From an uncultured virus (IMG/VR IMGVR_UViG_3300026521_000636) (Duplodnaviria; Heunggongvirae; Uroviricota; Caudoviricetes), in the IMG/VR virus record IMGVR_UViG_3300026521_000636: a DNA stretch of 64,000 nt; one strand, written 5' to 3'. Positions 38,489-48,562 of the stretch are shown in pieces (the stretch's first letter is position 1; every line of letters begins with the position of its first letter). The position numbers and the translations under genes were made by a program. Under the pieces are notes generated by a model. It made no database searches. It was not told where the DNA came from and saw only the letters and a program-made list of their open reading frames with translations.

Positions 38489-38956
38489 TTAAAATACGAA
38501 GAGTGTTTTTAACTCTTCAGGTAAATATGAAGTATCACTATGATACTCAGCCATAAAAATTTTAGCTTCGGGATTAACAGCTTGGTATTTAACAACCTCT
38601 TCTACTATTTCTGAATAAGGGTTATTTTTCACATAATCCAAAAAAGTATCATCATCGTATGGTCCTCTTAATCCTAATAAGACTTTAATCTTATATGATG
38701 AAAGTGTATAAGCTCTTAAAATTTCCAAGTAATCAGGAATAATTTCTCTCATAGATTTATTGGTTCTCTCTTGAAACCAAATATTGAGCTGATATAAAAT
38801 ATTTTGCTCATCAGTTGCAGGTGAAAGAAAAGCACTAAGCATGAATTCAGCTAATTGATCTATCTCACCATATTCAATAGTTTCTTGATTCTCTTTTAAA
38901 AATGAAAATAATTCTTCAAAAGAATCAAATATTTGAATATTATTTTTCATCTGCAT
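38489..38956 (-). CDS. hypothetical protein
   Basis: Ends LPEELKTLFVF. Confidence 0.7.
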   Translation of the reverse strand: MQMKNNIQIFDSFEELFSFLKENQETIEYGEIDQLAEFMLSAFLSPATDEQNILYQLNIWFQERTNKSMREIIPDYLEILRAYTLSSYKIKVLLGLRGPYDDDTFLDYVKNNPYSEIVEEVVKYQAVNPEAKIFMAEYHSDTSYLPEELKTLFVF

Positions 38957-39149
38957 ATTCCCAATTTAACTCAATATCGTAACGATTAGGTCTTCTCGGT
39001 TCTACATCCTTACCATTGATTGCAACAACATATTCTTGACCATTAATAATCTCAATAGTAGCTGTATCATTAAGAGCATGTAAAGCGCTAAAACATAAAA
39101 CAAATGTTAAAAATAAACCCGCTAATGGATGTCTTTCAAAAAAATTCAT
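38940..39149 (-). CDS. small membrane or exported protein
   Basis: N-terminal hydrophobic helix; early promoter cassette. Confidence 0.7.
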   Translation of the reverse strand: MNFFERHPLAGLFLTFVLCFSALHALNDTATIEIINGQEYVVAINGKDVEPRRPNRYDIELNWEYADEK

Positions 39150-39226
39150 TTTTGATCCTTTTCTTTAATTATACCATATTATAACATATTCAAAGAAAAA
39201 AATCAAGTTATTCTAGGGAATAACCC

Positions 39227-41353
39227 CTAAAATAACTCTTTATTTGTGTTTGTTAAAGTATAGAGTACATCCATCTGTTGAATATATTTAATGACTGCTG
39301 AGTCTTTAATATAATGCCCACATCCAACCAACATTTCATACTTTTCAAGACATACTAGAGTAAGTGATGATAAATCTTCTTGGTGAGGTTTTAAATCCAA
39401 GACCATCATCATATATTTAGCATCTCTTCCAAGATCATGTTCTTGGTTATGTTTCACCGCTTGAGCTAAGTGATTAATTTCAGATGATTCATCAATGTTT
39501 TTTATAATTGAATTCAAAAGGGTAGCATCATTTAAAAGTTTCTGTACTAATGAATATTGGGTACTAGATGTCGAACCAAAATAATACTCCATAGTCATAC
39601 CACTTGCATCAAACTGCTCTTTAATATGATCAAAAAGATTAACAAGATTATGATCTTTTTTTCTCATAGCTTTTCTAAGACCAACAATAGGTTTATCACT
39701 ATCAATAAGCTCTAATTTTATGGCTGCAGATACAATACTTTTTATATCTGTAACTTCTTCTTCATTATAGTAAGTGTTAAATCTATCAAGTTCAACATAA
39801 TATCCGTCGAGTTTTGTTAAATCTGCATCAACAGTTTTTAGTGGCCATCTATCAGTTTGATTCCAACCGTAATCAGAATATACAGGGATTTGAATTTCTT
39901 CATCCCCAGTATTTGAGACTTTTTTTGCTCTTCTAACTTTATCAAGAGTAGAAACCTTTATCATATCAGGATTACCCAATTTCTCACTTAATTCATCAAA
40001 TGAAAGGGTAGTCTTGATAATATATGGTCTTAGACGACCATTATAATCGGTAATGAATTGCTTAACTCTTGCATCTATTGCTTTATCATCTGGAGTTGCA
40101 TAAAATAACAATCCTTTTTTTGCACTAACAATATTTACATGCCAATAATAAGTCTCTGTTTGTGCATCCCAATTTCTCGATTTTGAGTATTCCTGCTTAC
40201 GGAATTTACCATTGTAATTTTTTTCAAAATATCTATACTCAACAACATCATCAGCATCAAGTCTTAATTCCGTTGATGAAACATCAATACCTCTCCATCT
40301 TGAATCACTACTTTCATCCACATATTTACGAATATCCGAATGATACCCAAAACTAGACATAATACTCTCATATTTCAATCTAGCTTCCCATTCAGTTGGA
40401 GCATCTTCGATAGCCTTTGCAATCATAGCAGGTAATTCTTCTAAAACCTTTTGAGCATATGAAAGAATGTTATTAACCGTTGCTTCATCATAAGATAATG
40501 CTTCTCTACTTGGAGCAATATTTACATCACCAATATTAACTTCAAATAAAATACTCATTTCTAATAGTTCTTTAATCGCTCTACTAGATTGCTCATATTT
40601 AGTACCCATATCTCTAGTAGATATAGGATATGAAATTTGCCCTTGAATAACTCTAGCGTGATAATACCCGCTGCGCTGTTGCCCTACCATTTTCCATTTT
40701 GTACCTTCATAAAGATACTCTTCATCCGTCTGCCATTCAAAGTTAGAGTTACCTGAAATTGTAGGTTTTACTTTAAAATATTTGAGTTGGTTATTTACCT
40801 CTCTCGCAAAATATCCAATATCTTCTTCTTTGATAGCAACTTCGATTTCAATACCATTTTCTTCATCTGTTTCCTCTGAGTGAAACTTTGCAACTGAAGG
40901 AATTCTACTAGAATCTAAAAATGCAGAATAGATGGTTTTAGTTCCGCTGTAGTAACTAGTAATAGTAAATGAATCAGATACACCAAAAGGTGATTTACTA
41001 CCCAGTCCTAAACACCCAACTACATCATTGTTATTTGTTTTTGTTGATTCAAAAAATGTAGTATAAACAGAATTGATCTCTTCATCTGAAAGACCTGGAC
41101 CAAAATCACGAATTTTAAAAGTTGGATCAAGTGAATTTGGTAATTTGATATGAAATGGCTCATCTGATTTACCAACCATAACATGAGCATCATATGCATT
41201 CGTAGATAGCTCTCTAATCATAGACCCTAGTGGATTTGAATAAAGATTTGAGCTCAAAATCTGGAATGCTTTTGCACTCGCTTTGATAGTAAATTCCTTT
41301 ACATTTTGAGCTCCGCTTACTTGAACATCTTGGACTTCATTTGCTAAAATCAT
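39227..41353 (-). CDS. rIIA: rIIA-like protein (GHKL ATPase N-terminus)
   Basis: LSSNLYSN...IRELSTNAYDAH, DFGPGL, STK, GCLGLGSKSPF, APSREALSYD. Confidence 0.9.
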   Translation of the reverse strand: MILANEVQDVQVSGAQNVKEFTIKASAKAFQILSSNLYSNPLGSMIRELSTNAYDAHVMVGKSDEPFHIKLPNSLDPTFKIRDFGPGLSDEEINSVYTTFFESTKTNNNDVVGCLGLGSKSPFGVSDSFTITSYYSGTKTIYSAFLDSSRIPSVAKFHSEETDEENGIEIEVAIKEEDIGYFAREVNNQLKYFKVKPTISGNSNFEWQTDEEYLYEGTKWKMVGQQRSGYYHARVIQGQISYPISTRDMGTKYEQSSRAIKELLEMSILFEVNIGDVNIAPSREALSYDEATVNNILSYAQKVLEELPAMIAKAIEDAPTEWEARLKYESIMSSFGYHSDIRKYVDESSDSRWRGIDVSSTELRLDADDVVEYRYFEKNYNGKFRKQEYSKSRNWDAQTETYYWHVNIVSAKKGLLFYATPDDKAIDARVKQFITDYNGRLRPYIIKTTLSFDELSEKLGNPDMIKVSTLDKVRRAKKVSNTGDEEIQIPVYSDYGWNQTDRWPLKTVDADLTKLDGYYVELDRFNTYYNEEEVTDIKSIVSAAIKLELIDSDKPIVGLRKAMRKKDHNLVNLFDHIKEQFDASGMTMEYYFGSTSSTQYSLVQKLLNDATLLNSIIKNIDESSEINHLAQAVKHNQEHDLGRDAKYMMMVLDLKPHQEDLSSLTLVCLEKYEMLVGCGHYIKDSAVIKYIQQMDVLYTLTNTNKELF

Positions 41354-41419
41354 TTAATTTCCTTTTCTTTAATTATGCCATATTATAACATAATTGAAAA
41401 GAAAAGTCAAGTTTTCTCA

Positions 41420-42508
41420 CTAAAATGCAAGTAAACGTTTATAATCAATTTTAGCTTCTTTAATAGTTTCTGTAACAATGATAAAATTCCCATTATCAAA
41501 CACTTTTACGGGTCCATCTTGAAGAGTAATATCATCATTATCTACATATGAATCGATACCTTTATATTTCTCATCAAATTTTTCTTTATCTTTAACAATA
41601 TTTGAAATATAAAGATCATATGATTCCCATTTTGCATCATCTTTTAAAGGAATTTCACTATTATCAGCTTTATCAAGAACCTTTCTAACAAGTACAGTTT
41701 CAAACTCATCAGGTCTTTCAACATTAAGCGATTCAACAATTTCCGATAAAGTTTCATTATATCTGATATGTTCTTCTACAATAGATTGAAGTACATCAAA
41801 GCTAAATGATGTTCTTGACTTGACATAATCCATAAGATCAGAAATAAAATCTTTGGATAATTTTTTATCATAACAATATTCTTTTATTGCTTCAAGCTCC
41901 ATTTTATCATACTCAAAACGGTAAAAAAATCGTCCTGGTCGATTAATGATAAAATTATCGAGTCTATACATATCATTTTCAAGAACAACAAATAGAATTT
42001 TAGATTCAGTCATTGCACCAGTTGCACCATCAAACATCGTAAGCAACTTTTCTTGCAAATCATTATTATCATCATCAGCTTTATAAGTTTTTGCAAATTC
42101 ATCAAGAATCATGATACAATCACCAATTTTATTAACAAACGACATAAAATCATCTCCATAAAACGGCTCTTGCACAAGAATAACTGGGAGGTTTAACTTG
42201 CTTATAACTCTATTCCCCAAGACTTGAGATAGTAATGACTTCCCTGCACCTTTCTCTCCAACAAGGATAACACCGGTATTTTTAGTTCTATCTTGATAAG
42301 TTCTAAGGATTTTTTTAGCTCTCTTTTTTGCATTACCATATACTTTTTTAGGAAGGATAAAATTATCACCCTCTTTAGTTAAAAAATAACCCATGAACTT
42401 ATTAAAACTTACTGAATAGATAGCCGGTTCAATTTTTGATTTTACTTGATCATCATTAAAATCAAAAATTTGAACTGTATTCCCATTATGATTGTATTTA
42501 ATTGACAT
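41420..42508 (-). CDS. AAA+ ATPase
   Basis: GEKGAGKS, LDEFAK, NRPGRF. Confidence 0.9.
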   Translation of the reverse strand: MSIKYNHNGNTVQIFDFNDDQVKSKIEPAIYSVSFNKFMGYFLTKEGDNFILPKKVYGNAKKRAKKILRTYQDRTKNTGVILVGEKGAGKSLLSQVLGNRVISKLNLPVILVQEPFYGDDFMSFVNKIGDCIMILDEFAKTYKADDDNNDLQEKLLTMFDGATGAMTESKILFVVLENDMYRLDNFIINRPGRFFYRFEYDKMELEAIKEYCYDKKLSKDFISDLMDYVKSRTSFSFDVLQSIVEEHIRYNETLSEIVESLNVERPDEFETVLVRKVLDKADNSEIPLKDDAKWESYDLYISNIVKDKEKFDEKYKGIDSYVDNDDITLQDGPVKVFDNGNFIIVTETIKEAKIDYKRLLAF

Positions 42509-42520
42509 TATTAGATTCCT

Positions 42521-42802
42521 TTATGATCTGATTGTTTTTAGAGAGCCTTCAAAAAGACTTTCAATATTGTTATTTTCTAATGACTCTTTAGGGATAGCCA
42601 TCAACACATCTTCAAAAAACACAGAAATATTTGTAGCTTCATTCTGTTCATGGTATTCTTTTTGAATAAAACGGTAAATATCTTTTAACTCTCTTTGTCT
42701 ACTAACTCTATCAATATACTGATAAAGAAAAATATTACGAGCAAAAAAATAAACGATAATAGCTCCTGCTGCAAATCCTAATACACCTACTATAAAAATC
42801 AT
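42521..42802 (-). CDS. membrane-anchored hypothetical protein
   Basis: N-terminal TM helix. Confidence 0.7.
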   Translation of the reverse strand: MIFIVGVLGFAAGAIIVYFFARNIFLYQYIDRVSRQRELKDIYRFIQKEYHEQNEATNISVFFEDVLMAIPKESLENNNIESLFEGSLKTIRS

Positions 42803-43032
42803 TTGTTTTCCTTTTGCATTTCTTCTAATGTATATTTGTATTCATGCACAGACAAAAAATCTTTCAATGAGTCAAATGATGGTTCAACTTCATCAATTAT
42901 TTCAACATCGATACATCCGTCATATTCATGGTATTTTTTTAAGGTTTTGTAAATAACCAAAGCGTCTATACTATCACCCTTAAATACACAAGTGGTAACC
43001 CCATCATCTATTAAATTAACGATTTTTTGCAT
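42799..43032 (-). CDS. hypothetical protein
   Basis: GAGG RBS, 77 aa. Confidence 0.7.
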   Translation of the reverse strand: MQKIVNLIDDGVTTCVFKGDSIDALVIYKTLKKYHEYDGCIDVEIIDEVEPSFDSLKDFLSVHEYKYTLEEMQKENK

Positions 43033-43222
43033 AACTTAAACCTCAACTTTGACACGTTTAAATTCAAGCTGCAATTTAACAGATTTTGGAGCAGTATAAT
43101 TATAAGTTGGAGCCTCTCTACGAAGTTTATCTCTTTTAGAAGTTTTACCTCTTTTGAAATTCATTTCATATCCTTTTCTTTATTTATGCCATATTATAAC
43201 ATAATTAGAAAGAAAAGTCAAA

Positions 43223-43558
43223 TCAATTTTCTATAATTTCTTCACCTATTTTCATACCCCCTGCTTTAAGAGCAAAAAACTCACAAGCTATCTTTGAAAT
43301 ATCTCTGACTGAAAGTGCAGTATCTACCCACGCAGTACTAATATGATCTTGCAATTCATCTTGAAGTACCATGTAACTTACTAATACTTTATCGGGTTTT
43401 GAAACTTTCTCCCCCATAGGGATAATACAGTTATGTTTGCCATCTTCAACTAACCATAGTCCATTTGAAGGAAAACCAGTAAATTCCATACCAATTTCCT
43501 CAAATGTACCATCGGGTTTTTGCTCGTAGAGTTTTTTACTCATAGACCAATTCCTCAA
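43223..43558 (-). CDS. hypothetical protein
   Basis: ORF in operon; start is probably the internal MSKK. Confidence 0.7.
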   Translation of the reverse strand: MRNWSMSKKLYEQKPDGTFEEIGMEFTGFPSNGLWLVEDGKHNCIIPMGEKVSKPDKVLVSYMVLQDELQDHISTAWVDTALSVRDISKIACEFFALKAGGMKIGEEIIEN

Positions 43559-43982
43559 ATTTTGGCACCGTTACATATGAAACTGAATGAACATCTCTAA
43601 TCAGAGATTTAACACCATATTTAACACGGTTTTTAAACCAGTTGATATACTTTTCATCTTCAGGATCAATTCCCCCAAAATAATGAGTACGTCTCATAGA
43701 GCTAAACATACGGTTTATATTGTAGCTATCTTGATTATCGAATAACCCTTCAACCTTTTCATAGATTTTATTTTGTAATGGTCTATAACCTAATTTACCT
43801 TCCATTACTCGCATTAGTGCTTCCATAGAATATTCTTCTAATCTATAAACTAATTTAGTGACAGCTTCAGCTTTGTTAAAGTCCGCATTCACACAAAATT
43901 CAAATGCAAGATATTCTAATCTCGATGTTAAATCCTCATGACTCATTGTTCTAACTTCTGGTCTAATTTCGATTGGTTTCAT
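43536..43982 (-). CDS. hypothetical protein
   Basis: AAGGA RBS; promoter at 44011-44032. Confidence 0.75.
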   Translation of the reverse strand: MKPIEIRPEVRTMSHEDLTSRLEYLAFEFCVNADFNKAEAVTKLVYRLEEYSMEALMRVMEGKLGYRPLQNKIYEKVEGLFDNQDSYNINRMFSSMRRTHYFGGIDPEDEKYINWFKNRVKYGVKSLIRDVHSVSYVTVPKFEELVYE

Positions 43983-44039
43983 ATTTTTTTCCTTTTATTA
44001 ATTATAATATATTATACTCTGGTTTCACTTAATTTTGGT

Positions 44040-44282
44040 TTAACTTATAACTGTAACATTAATAGCTTTTAACCCTTTATCTGCATTTTCATACTGCCAT
44101 AAATCCGATGTTTCAATTCCAATAACATCAACATAATTATGATCATCACCCGTAACTGTAACCATCTCAATTTTAACTTTTGATTTAATAGTTTCTTTGA
44201 ACCAGTTTACAACCTCTATTTCATCTCCAATTTTAATCTCACGATTATTAGAATCATAAATACCAATAAACATCTCTTCCAC
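44040..44282 (-). CDS. YopX-like protein
   Basis: FIGIYDSNNREIKIGDEI motif. Confidence 0.6.
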   Translation of the reverse strand: MEEMFIGIYDSNNREIKIGDEIEVVNWFKETIKSKVKIEMVTVTGDDHNYVDVIGIETSDLWQYENADKGLKAINVTVIS

Positions 44283-44428
44283 CCCTACATATTAAGTTCC
44301 TATATTATAACATATCTCGAAGAGAAAGTCAAGTCCTCCTCTTTTAATATTCTTTATATATTCTTTAGGCAAAGTACAAACGTTTTTTGCCGGTGTTTAT
44401 AAGGTCTTAAAAGATGGTTATAGAAAAA

Positions 44429-44593
44429 AATCAATATTGGTTTGTGTTATAATCAATATTGGATTGTGGTAATAAGGCATTAAATCAATATTAGATTGTG
44501 TTACCGACTAAAAATCAATTTTATTTTGTGGTTGTGTATATCTTACTTTTTCAATATTAAAGCACTAATAATATTGATTTTTAGTCAATATTA
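44429..44593 (+). repeat. iteron-like repeats upstream of a Rep gene (putative origin or autoregulatory site)
   Basis: ~21-bp AATCAATATTRGWTTGTGKTA at 44429, 44451, 44483, degenerate 44513; TCAATATT half-sites at ~44551, ~44570 (inverted), ~44585. Confidence 0.75.
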
Positions 44594-44635
44594 AACATAA
44601 ATAAAAATGTATAATTTATAAAAAGGATACCACAA

Positions 44636-45796
44636 ATGAATATTGAAAAATTGGAAATTAATAAGCCTAGTGAATTGACCCAAGTTGTTTTTACACAACA
44701 AATAAAAAAAGAGCTTAATATTTATAAAATGTCGGCATTACAAATAGATCTTATAAATGTCATGTTTTATAAGATACGAAAGGAAATTGGTAAGCATAAA
44801 TTAGAAATAGATGAATCACAACCATCAACACTTTTTGAATTTACATTAAATGATTTTAATAATATGCTACAGAAATATAACAATAATCAATATGGTGAAA
44901 TTATTGAACAATTAGATTCATTATCCGATATAAAAATCATAATTAATAGTATTGGTAAAAATAAAGATATTGATGAAATGATCATTACTAGATTCATTCA
45001 AGAAATAAGAGTATCAAAGCATAGAAAAACCGAAAAGAAAAAGATTAAATTAGCAATTTCAAATACAATTATAAAAAGATTTATAGATGTTAAAAAATAT
45101 TTTTCAAAAATGTTTTTAACTATACAATTCTCTATGAAGTCTAAATATTCTAAATTGTTATATGAATTATTAAAAGATTATGAAGGTATAAATACAAAAC
45201 AATTTGAGTTGAATGTTTTAATGGACTTGATCAACGTTAGTGAAGATTCGCAGAGAGTATGGTCAATATTCAACCAAAACATTCTCAAAAAGGCAGTTAA
45301 AGAAATCAATGAGAAATCGGATATAAAAGTTTCGTATGAACCTATTAAAGAAAGACCTGATAATGGCAGGTTACAAGTAACTAAAATTAAGTTTATAATA
45401 GAAGAGCAACAATGTGCTTTAATAGATAGTCAAGAGCCTGAAATGTCAATAGAAGAACAATTGCTTTATAATAAAAAAAGGGCTATAGCAGAAGAAAGAT
45501 TAGAAAAGGCAAAACAATTCCAAGAAATCAATAATGAAGAAGCATGGATTAAAAAGACTATTAAATCTATTACAGATGATTATGTTGAATTACAGGATTT
45601 AATAGAAGAGTCTAAAGAAGTTTTAGATAATACAGATTTATCAAAATTCAATGATTTATTGTTAATAAAATATGGCGATTTAGTTGGTATGGTAGATTAT
45701 AAATTATGTTATGTTTTTGATGATACACAAGCACCACTTACAAGTAATGCTTATGAAACTTATTTGGTTTTAGAAGAATTAAAATCTAATCCATAG
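44636..45796 (+). CDS. Rep_3/RepB-type plasmid replication initiator-like protein
   Basis: MKSKYSKLLYELLKDY, FNQNILKKAVKEINEKSDI, KIKF. Confidence 0.85.
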   Translation: MNIEKLEINKPSELTQVVFTQQIKKELNIYKMSALQIDLINVMFYKIRKEIGKHKLEIDESQPSTLFEFTLNDFNNMLQKYNNNQYGEIIEQLDSLSDIKIIINSIGKNKDIDEMIITRFIQEIRVSKHRKTEKKKIKLAISNTIIKRFIDVKKYFSKMFLTIQFSMKSKYSKLLYELLKDYEGINTKQFELNVLMDLINVSEDSQRVWSIFNQNILKKAVKEINEKSDIKVSYEPIKERPDNGRLQVTKIKFIIEEQQCALIDSQEPEMSIEEQLLYNKKRAIAEERLEKAKQFQEINNEEAWIKKTIKSITDDYVELQDLIEESKEVLDNTDLSKFNDLLLIKYGDLVGMVDYKLCYVFDDTQAPLTSNAYETYLVLEELKSNP

Positions 45797-46364
45797 AAGT
45801 ATGATAAAGCATCCAGAATGTAACTAAAAACATAGTTATAGCATCAGTATGAATATCTGAATTAAAGAAATAATCGTTGATATCTTCATATCTAATATGG
45901 ACTACATTTATATCTTCCTCTGCTAGTCCACCACCTTCAGAAACTTGCATATCATTTGTTACTTCTGCAATAAATGTATGGGATTCTGTACCAGCAGTAC
46001 CTACTGAACTTTTTAATGTTTTGAGAAACTTGATATTATCCATTGGTACATCAAAACCACATTCTTCCAATATCTCTTCTTTAACAATTTGCTTTATATC
46101 TTTATTTTTATCAACAAGACCCGCACATGCTTCCGTTACTCTACCACCTTGTGAATCATCATTACATAAAACCGGAACTCTTACCTGTTCAACAACAATA
46201 ATTTCACCCGATTCCATGTTATCTATAAGAACATGTACAGAATCATGAGACTTAATACGCTCCCATACAAAAGGTTCTCCATCTCTCTCAGCTTTAACAA
46301 GTTCTGTTTTTACAAACTTCGGCGATTTATTTTCCACAATATCTTTTATTACAACAGTTTTCAT
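45786..46364 (-). CDS. Nudix nucleotide-sugar / ADP-ribose pyrophosphatase (NudF/NudK-like)
   Basis: QVRVPV, EACAGLVDK...KEEILEECG, GGGLAEEDI. Confidence 0.88.
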   Translation of the reverse strand: MKTVVIKDIVENKSPKFVKTELVKAERDGEPFVWERIKSHDSVHVLIDNMESGEIIVVEQVRVPVLCNDDSQGGRVTEACAGLVDKNKDIKQIVKEEILEECGFDVPMDNIKFLKTLKSSVGTAGTESHTFIAEVTNDMQVSEGGGLAEEDINVVHIRYEDINDYFFNSDIHTDAITMFLVTFWMLYHTSMD

Positions 46365-46365
46365 A

Positions 46366-46614
46366 TTAACCCTTTATCATTTCAGTTATTTTATTTGCTA
46401 TCTCTCTAGCATCTTCATCGTCATCAAAAGCATAATCTAAATCTGCTAAATCTGATATAAGTCTTCTTAATTCAACGATTTCTTCTTTTGAAGCTTTATC
46501 ACTCCAGTCCATAATATCTGTATAATCGATATTTACAACACCATCAAAACCTTGTGCTAAATCCATTAATACACTACATACATCAGCAGGTATTCTATCA
46601 GTAACCATATTCAT
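46366..46614 (-). CDS. hypothetical protein, paralog of 59774-60025
   Basis: Shared DLAQ...IDY.DI...I.D.A.LD..F.DD. Confidence 0.75.
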   Translation of the reverse strand: MNMVTDRIPADVCSVLMDLAQGFDGVVNIDYTDIMDWSDKASKEEIVELRRLISDLADLDYAFDDDEDAREIANKITEMIKG

Positions 46615-46710
46615 CTTAATCTCCCGTTGTCAAAGCTATCATCAAAAAGAAAAAAGCAAAAGCCATTTGGTCATAAACCACACATAAAAAAGCCAATACC
46701 CACCAAATCA

Positions 46711-46923
46711 TTACGAAAGACCAATATCATTTTCATCAGCAATCATAACTACTACTGAGTATGATACTTCCATAATCTTACTAACCTTATCAGCTGGTGT
46801 AAATAACAAAGAGCTAGCAATATTTTTATAAAGAGTTTTTGGTGATAAACCATAAGGGTCTGTACTAACAGCTTCTTCCAACATTAATTTTAAACTCTCT
46901 GGAATTTCGTTATAATCTTTCAT
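46711..46923 (-). CDS. hypothetical early protein
   Basis: Promoter cassette at 46924-46979. Confidence 0.7.
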   Translation of the reverse strand: MKDYNEIPESLKLMLEEAVSTDPYGLSPKTLYKNIASSLLFTPADKVSKIMEVSYSVVVMIADENDIGLS

Positions 46924-46988
46924 AAGTATCCTTTTATTTAATTATGTCATATTATAACATAAAATAGGTAAAAAGTCAAGTTATTTTG

Positions 46989-47732
46989 TTAAAATATAAA
47001 CATATCTTGTAATTGTTGAGGTAAAAAGCTATTATCTCCACTCATCTCTGCAACTTTAATTTTTATATTTGCATCATAATCTTTATGTTTTAAAATTCGG
47101 AGTTGTGCTCTACTTAATCCATCTGAATCTATAGCTAGGAACATATAGTCGGCAGTATAACCTAAACTATTAAAAAAATTCATATTTAAATCAGCTTCAT
47201 AAAAATTATTTTGTAATTCTTTAAGAGATGATAAAGAAGATCCAGTATGCATATCAGAAAGAATTTCACCAAAAAATCCATAATGATTTTTAAACGTAGA
47301 TATAATATGTTTCTCTAATCCATTTAAAAGCAAATCAAATGCAAACCGTTGATAATTACTCACCTTATTTAATTTATCTGCTACATCATTAATGATTTCT
47401 TCATCTAATGCATCATTTTCTATAAACATCTTCATAGGATTTTTTAAACTATCGTCTTTATTTTGATAATAATCAACTAGCAGAGAATATATAAAACTTT
47501 TTGAAATTTTAAAATGATGTTTTCTTTGTTGCAATTGTTCTATCTGCATGTCCCTTTCCTTTTTAGCTTGAGTAACAGCTTTATAACTTTCTATGATTTC
47601 ATCATACTCATCAGGGTATAACTCTTCATTATTAATTTCAAAAGGTATTTCACACAATCCATCAGAAAAGAGAGGACAACCATCCCCACAATTTCCATTC
47701 ATTCCAATAGACTCACAAGTATATGTAATCAT
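46989..47732 (-). CDS. hypothetical protein with N-terminal Cys cluster
   Basis: C-x7-C-x3-C-x7-C; ends LPQQLQDMFIF. Confidence 0.75.
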   Translation of the reverse strand: MITYTCESIGMNGNCGDGCPLFSDGLCEIPFEINNEELYPDEYDEIIESYKAVTQAKKERDMQIEQLQQRKHHFKISKSFIYSLLVDYYQNKDDSLKNPMKMFIENDALDEEIINDVADKLNKVSNYQRFAFDLLLNGLEKHIISTFKNHYGFFGEILSDMHTGSSLSSLKELQNNFYEADLNMNFFNSLGYTADYMFLAIDSDGLSRAQLRILKHKDYDANIKIKVAEMSGDNSFLPQQLQDMFIF

Positions 47733-47799
47733 AATACACCTTTTCTTTAATTATGTCATATTATATCATTATTTGAGTAAAAAGTCAAGTTAATATGTT

Positions 47800-47834
47800 G
47801 GGGGATTCTAATTGATAATGATTATTATTATCAA
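47800..47834. promoter_or_regulatory. Fur-box-like palindrome 1
   Basis: 47814-47832 reads GATAATAATAATCATTATC on the minus strand, 18/19 match to GATAATGATAATCATTATC; G-run flank. Confidence 0.6.
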
Positions 47835-48022
47835 TATTGATAAATGTATTTTAAGTTTAGTTTAAAATAAGTTGGGTGTTAAATTTAAGTGGATTTTAAT
47901 AAAAGGTGGAATTTCTCTTTAAAAGAAATTCCGGCGAAATAATAAAAATCATAACGAACTTTTTCTTTGTTTTGATTTATATTAATTTTATTTATGTAAG
48001 AAAATATTTTTTTATTAATTTT

Positions 48023-48289
48023 TTAATAAATCTTAGGGTTTATTACCGTTATTTCATATATTTTTGTTCTAATATTATAAGTTACACCCATAACAAAAGG
48101 TTTTTGGCGGAATTTTATATTTGGTAAAAAATGCACAATATCAAAAAAAATATCATTTGGAATGAGTCTATCAAATTCCCCATGCTTATATTTTAAAATT
48201 ATAAAATCATCTTTAGATTTTTTTATTGCTGCATCTTTATAAAATCTAGAGAGTAATTTTTCAATATCTTCTTCTTTAACATTTTTCAA
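48023..48289 (-). CDS. hypothetical protein
   Basis: TTG start after GAGG. Confidence 0.6.
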   Translation of the reverse strand: MKNVKEEDIEKLLSRFYKDAAIKKSKDDFIILKYKHGEFDRLIPNDIFFDIVHFLPNIKFRQKPFVMGVTYNIRTKIYEITVINPKIY

Positions 48290-48290
48290 A

Positions 48291-48506
48291 TTAAAAATCC
48301 TCTAAAAGCATTTTAACCGTATCCTCAAAACTTTCTTTAATCATTGATCGTCTAATCATCTCTGTTTTTATTGCAGCCAATAATTTTTCAGCCTTTAATC
48401 GTTCATCATGAGCATCATCAGTCCCATCAAAAACATGATCGAATAATCCTGCATCAGTTACATTATCTCCTACTTTTGTAAAAGGTCCTTTTCCAGTCAT
48501 TTCCAT
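48291..48506 (-). CDS. hypothetical early protein
   Basis: GGAG RBS; TTGATT-N17-TATAAT at 48533-48561. Confidence 0.7.
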   Translation of the reverse strand: MEMTGKGPFTKVGDNVTDAGLFDHVFDGTDDAHDERLKAEKLLAAIKTEMIRRSMIKESFEDTVKMLLEDF

Positions 48507-48562
48507 AATAATTTCTCCATTCTTATTAATATATTATACCACAATTTACTAAATAAATCAAG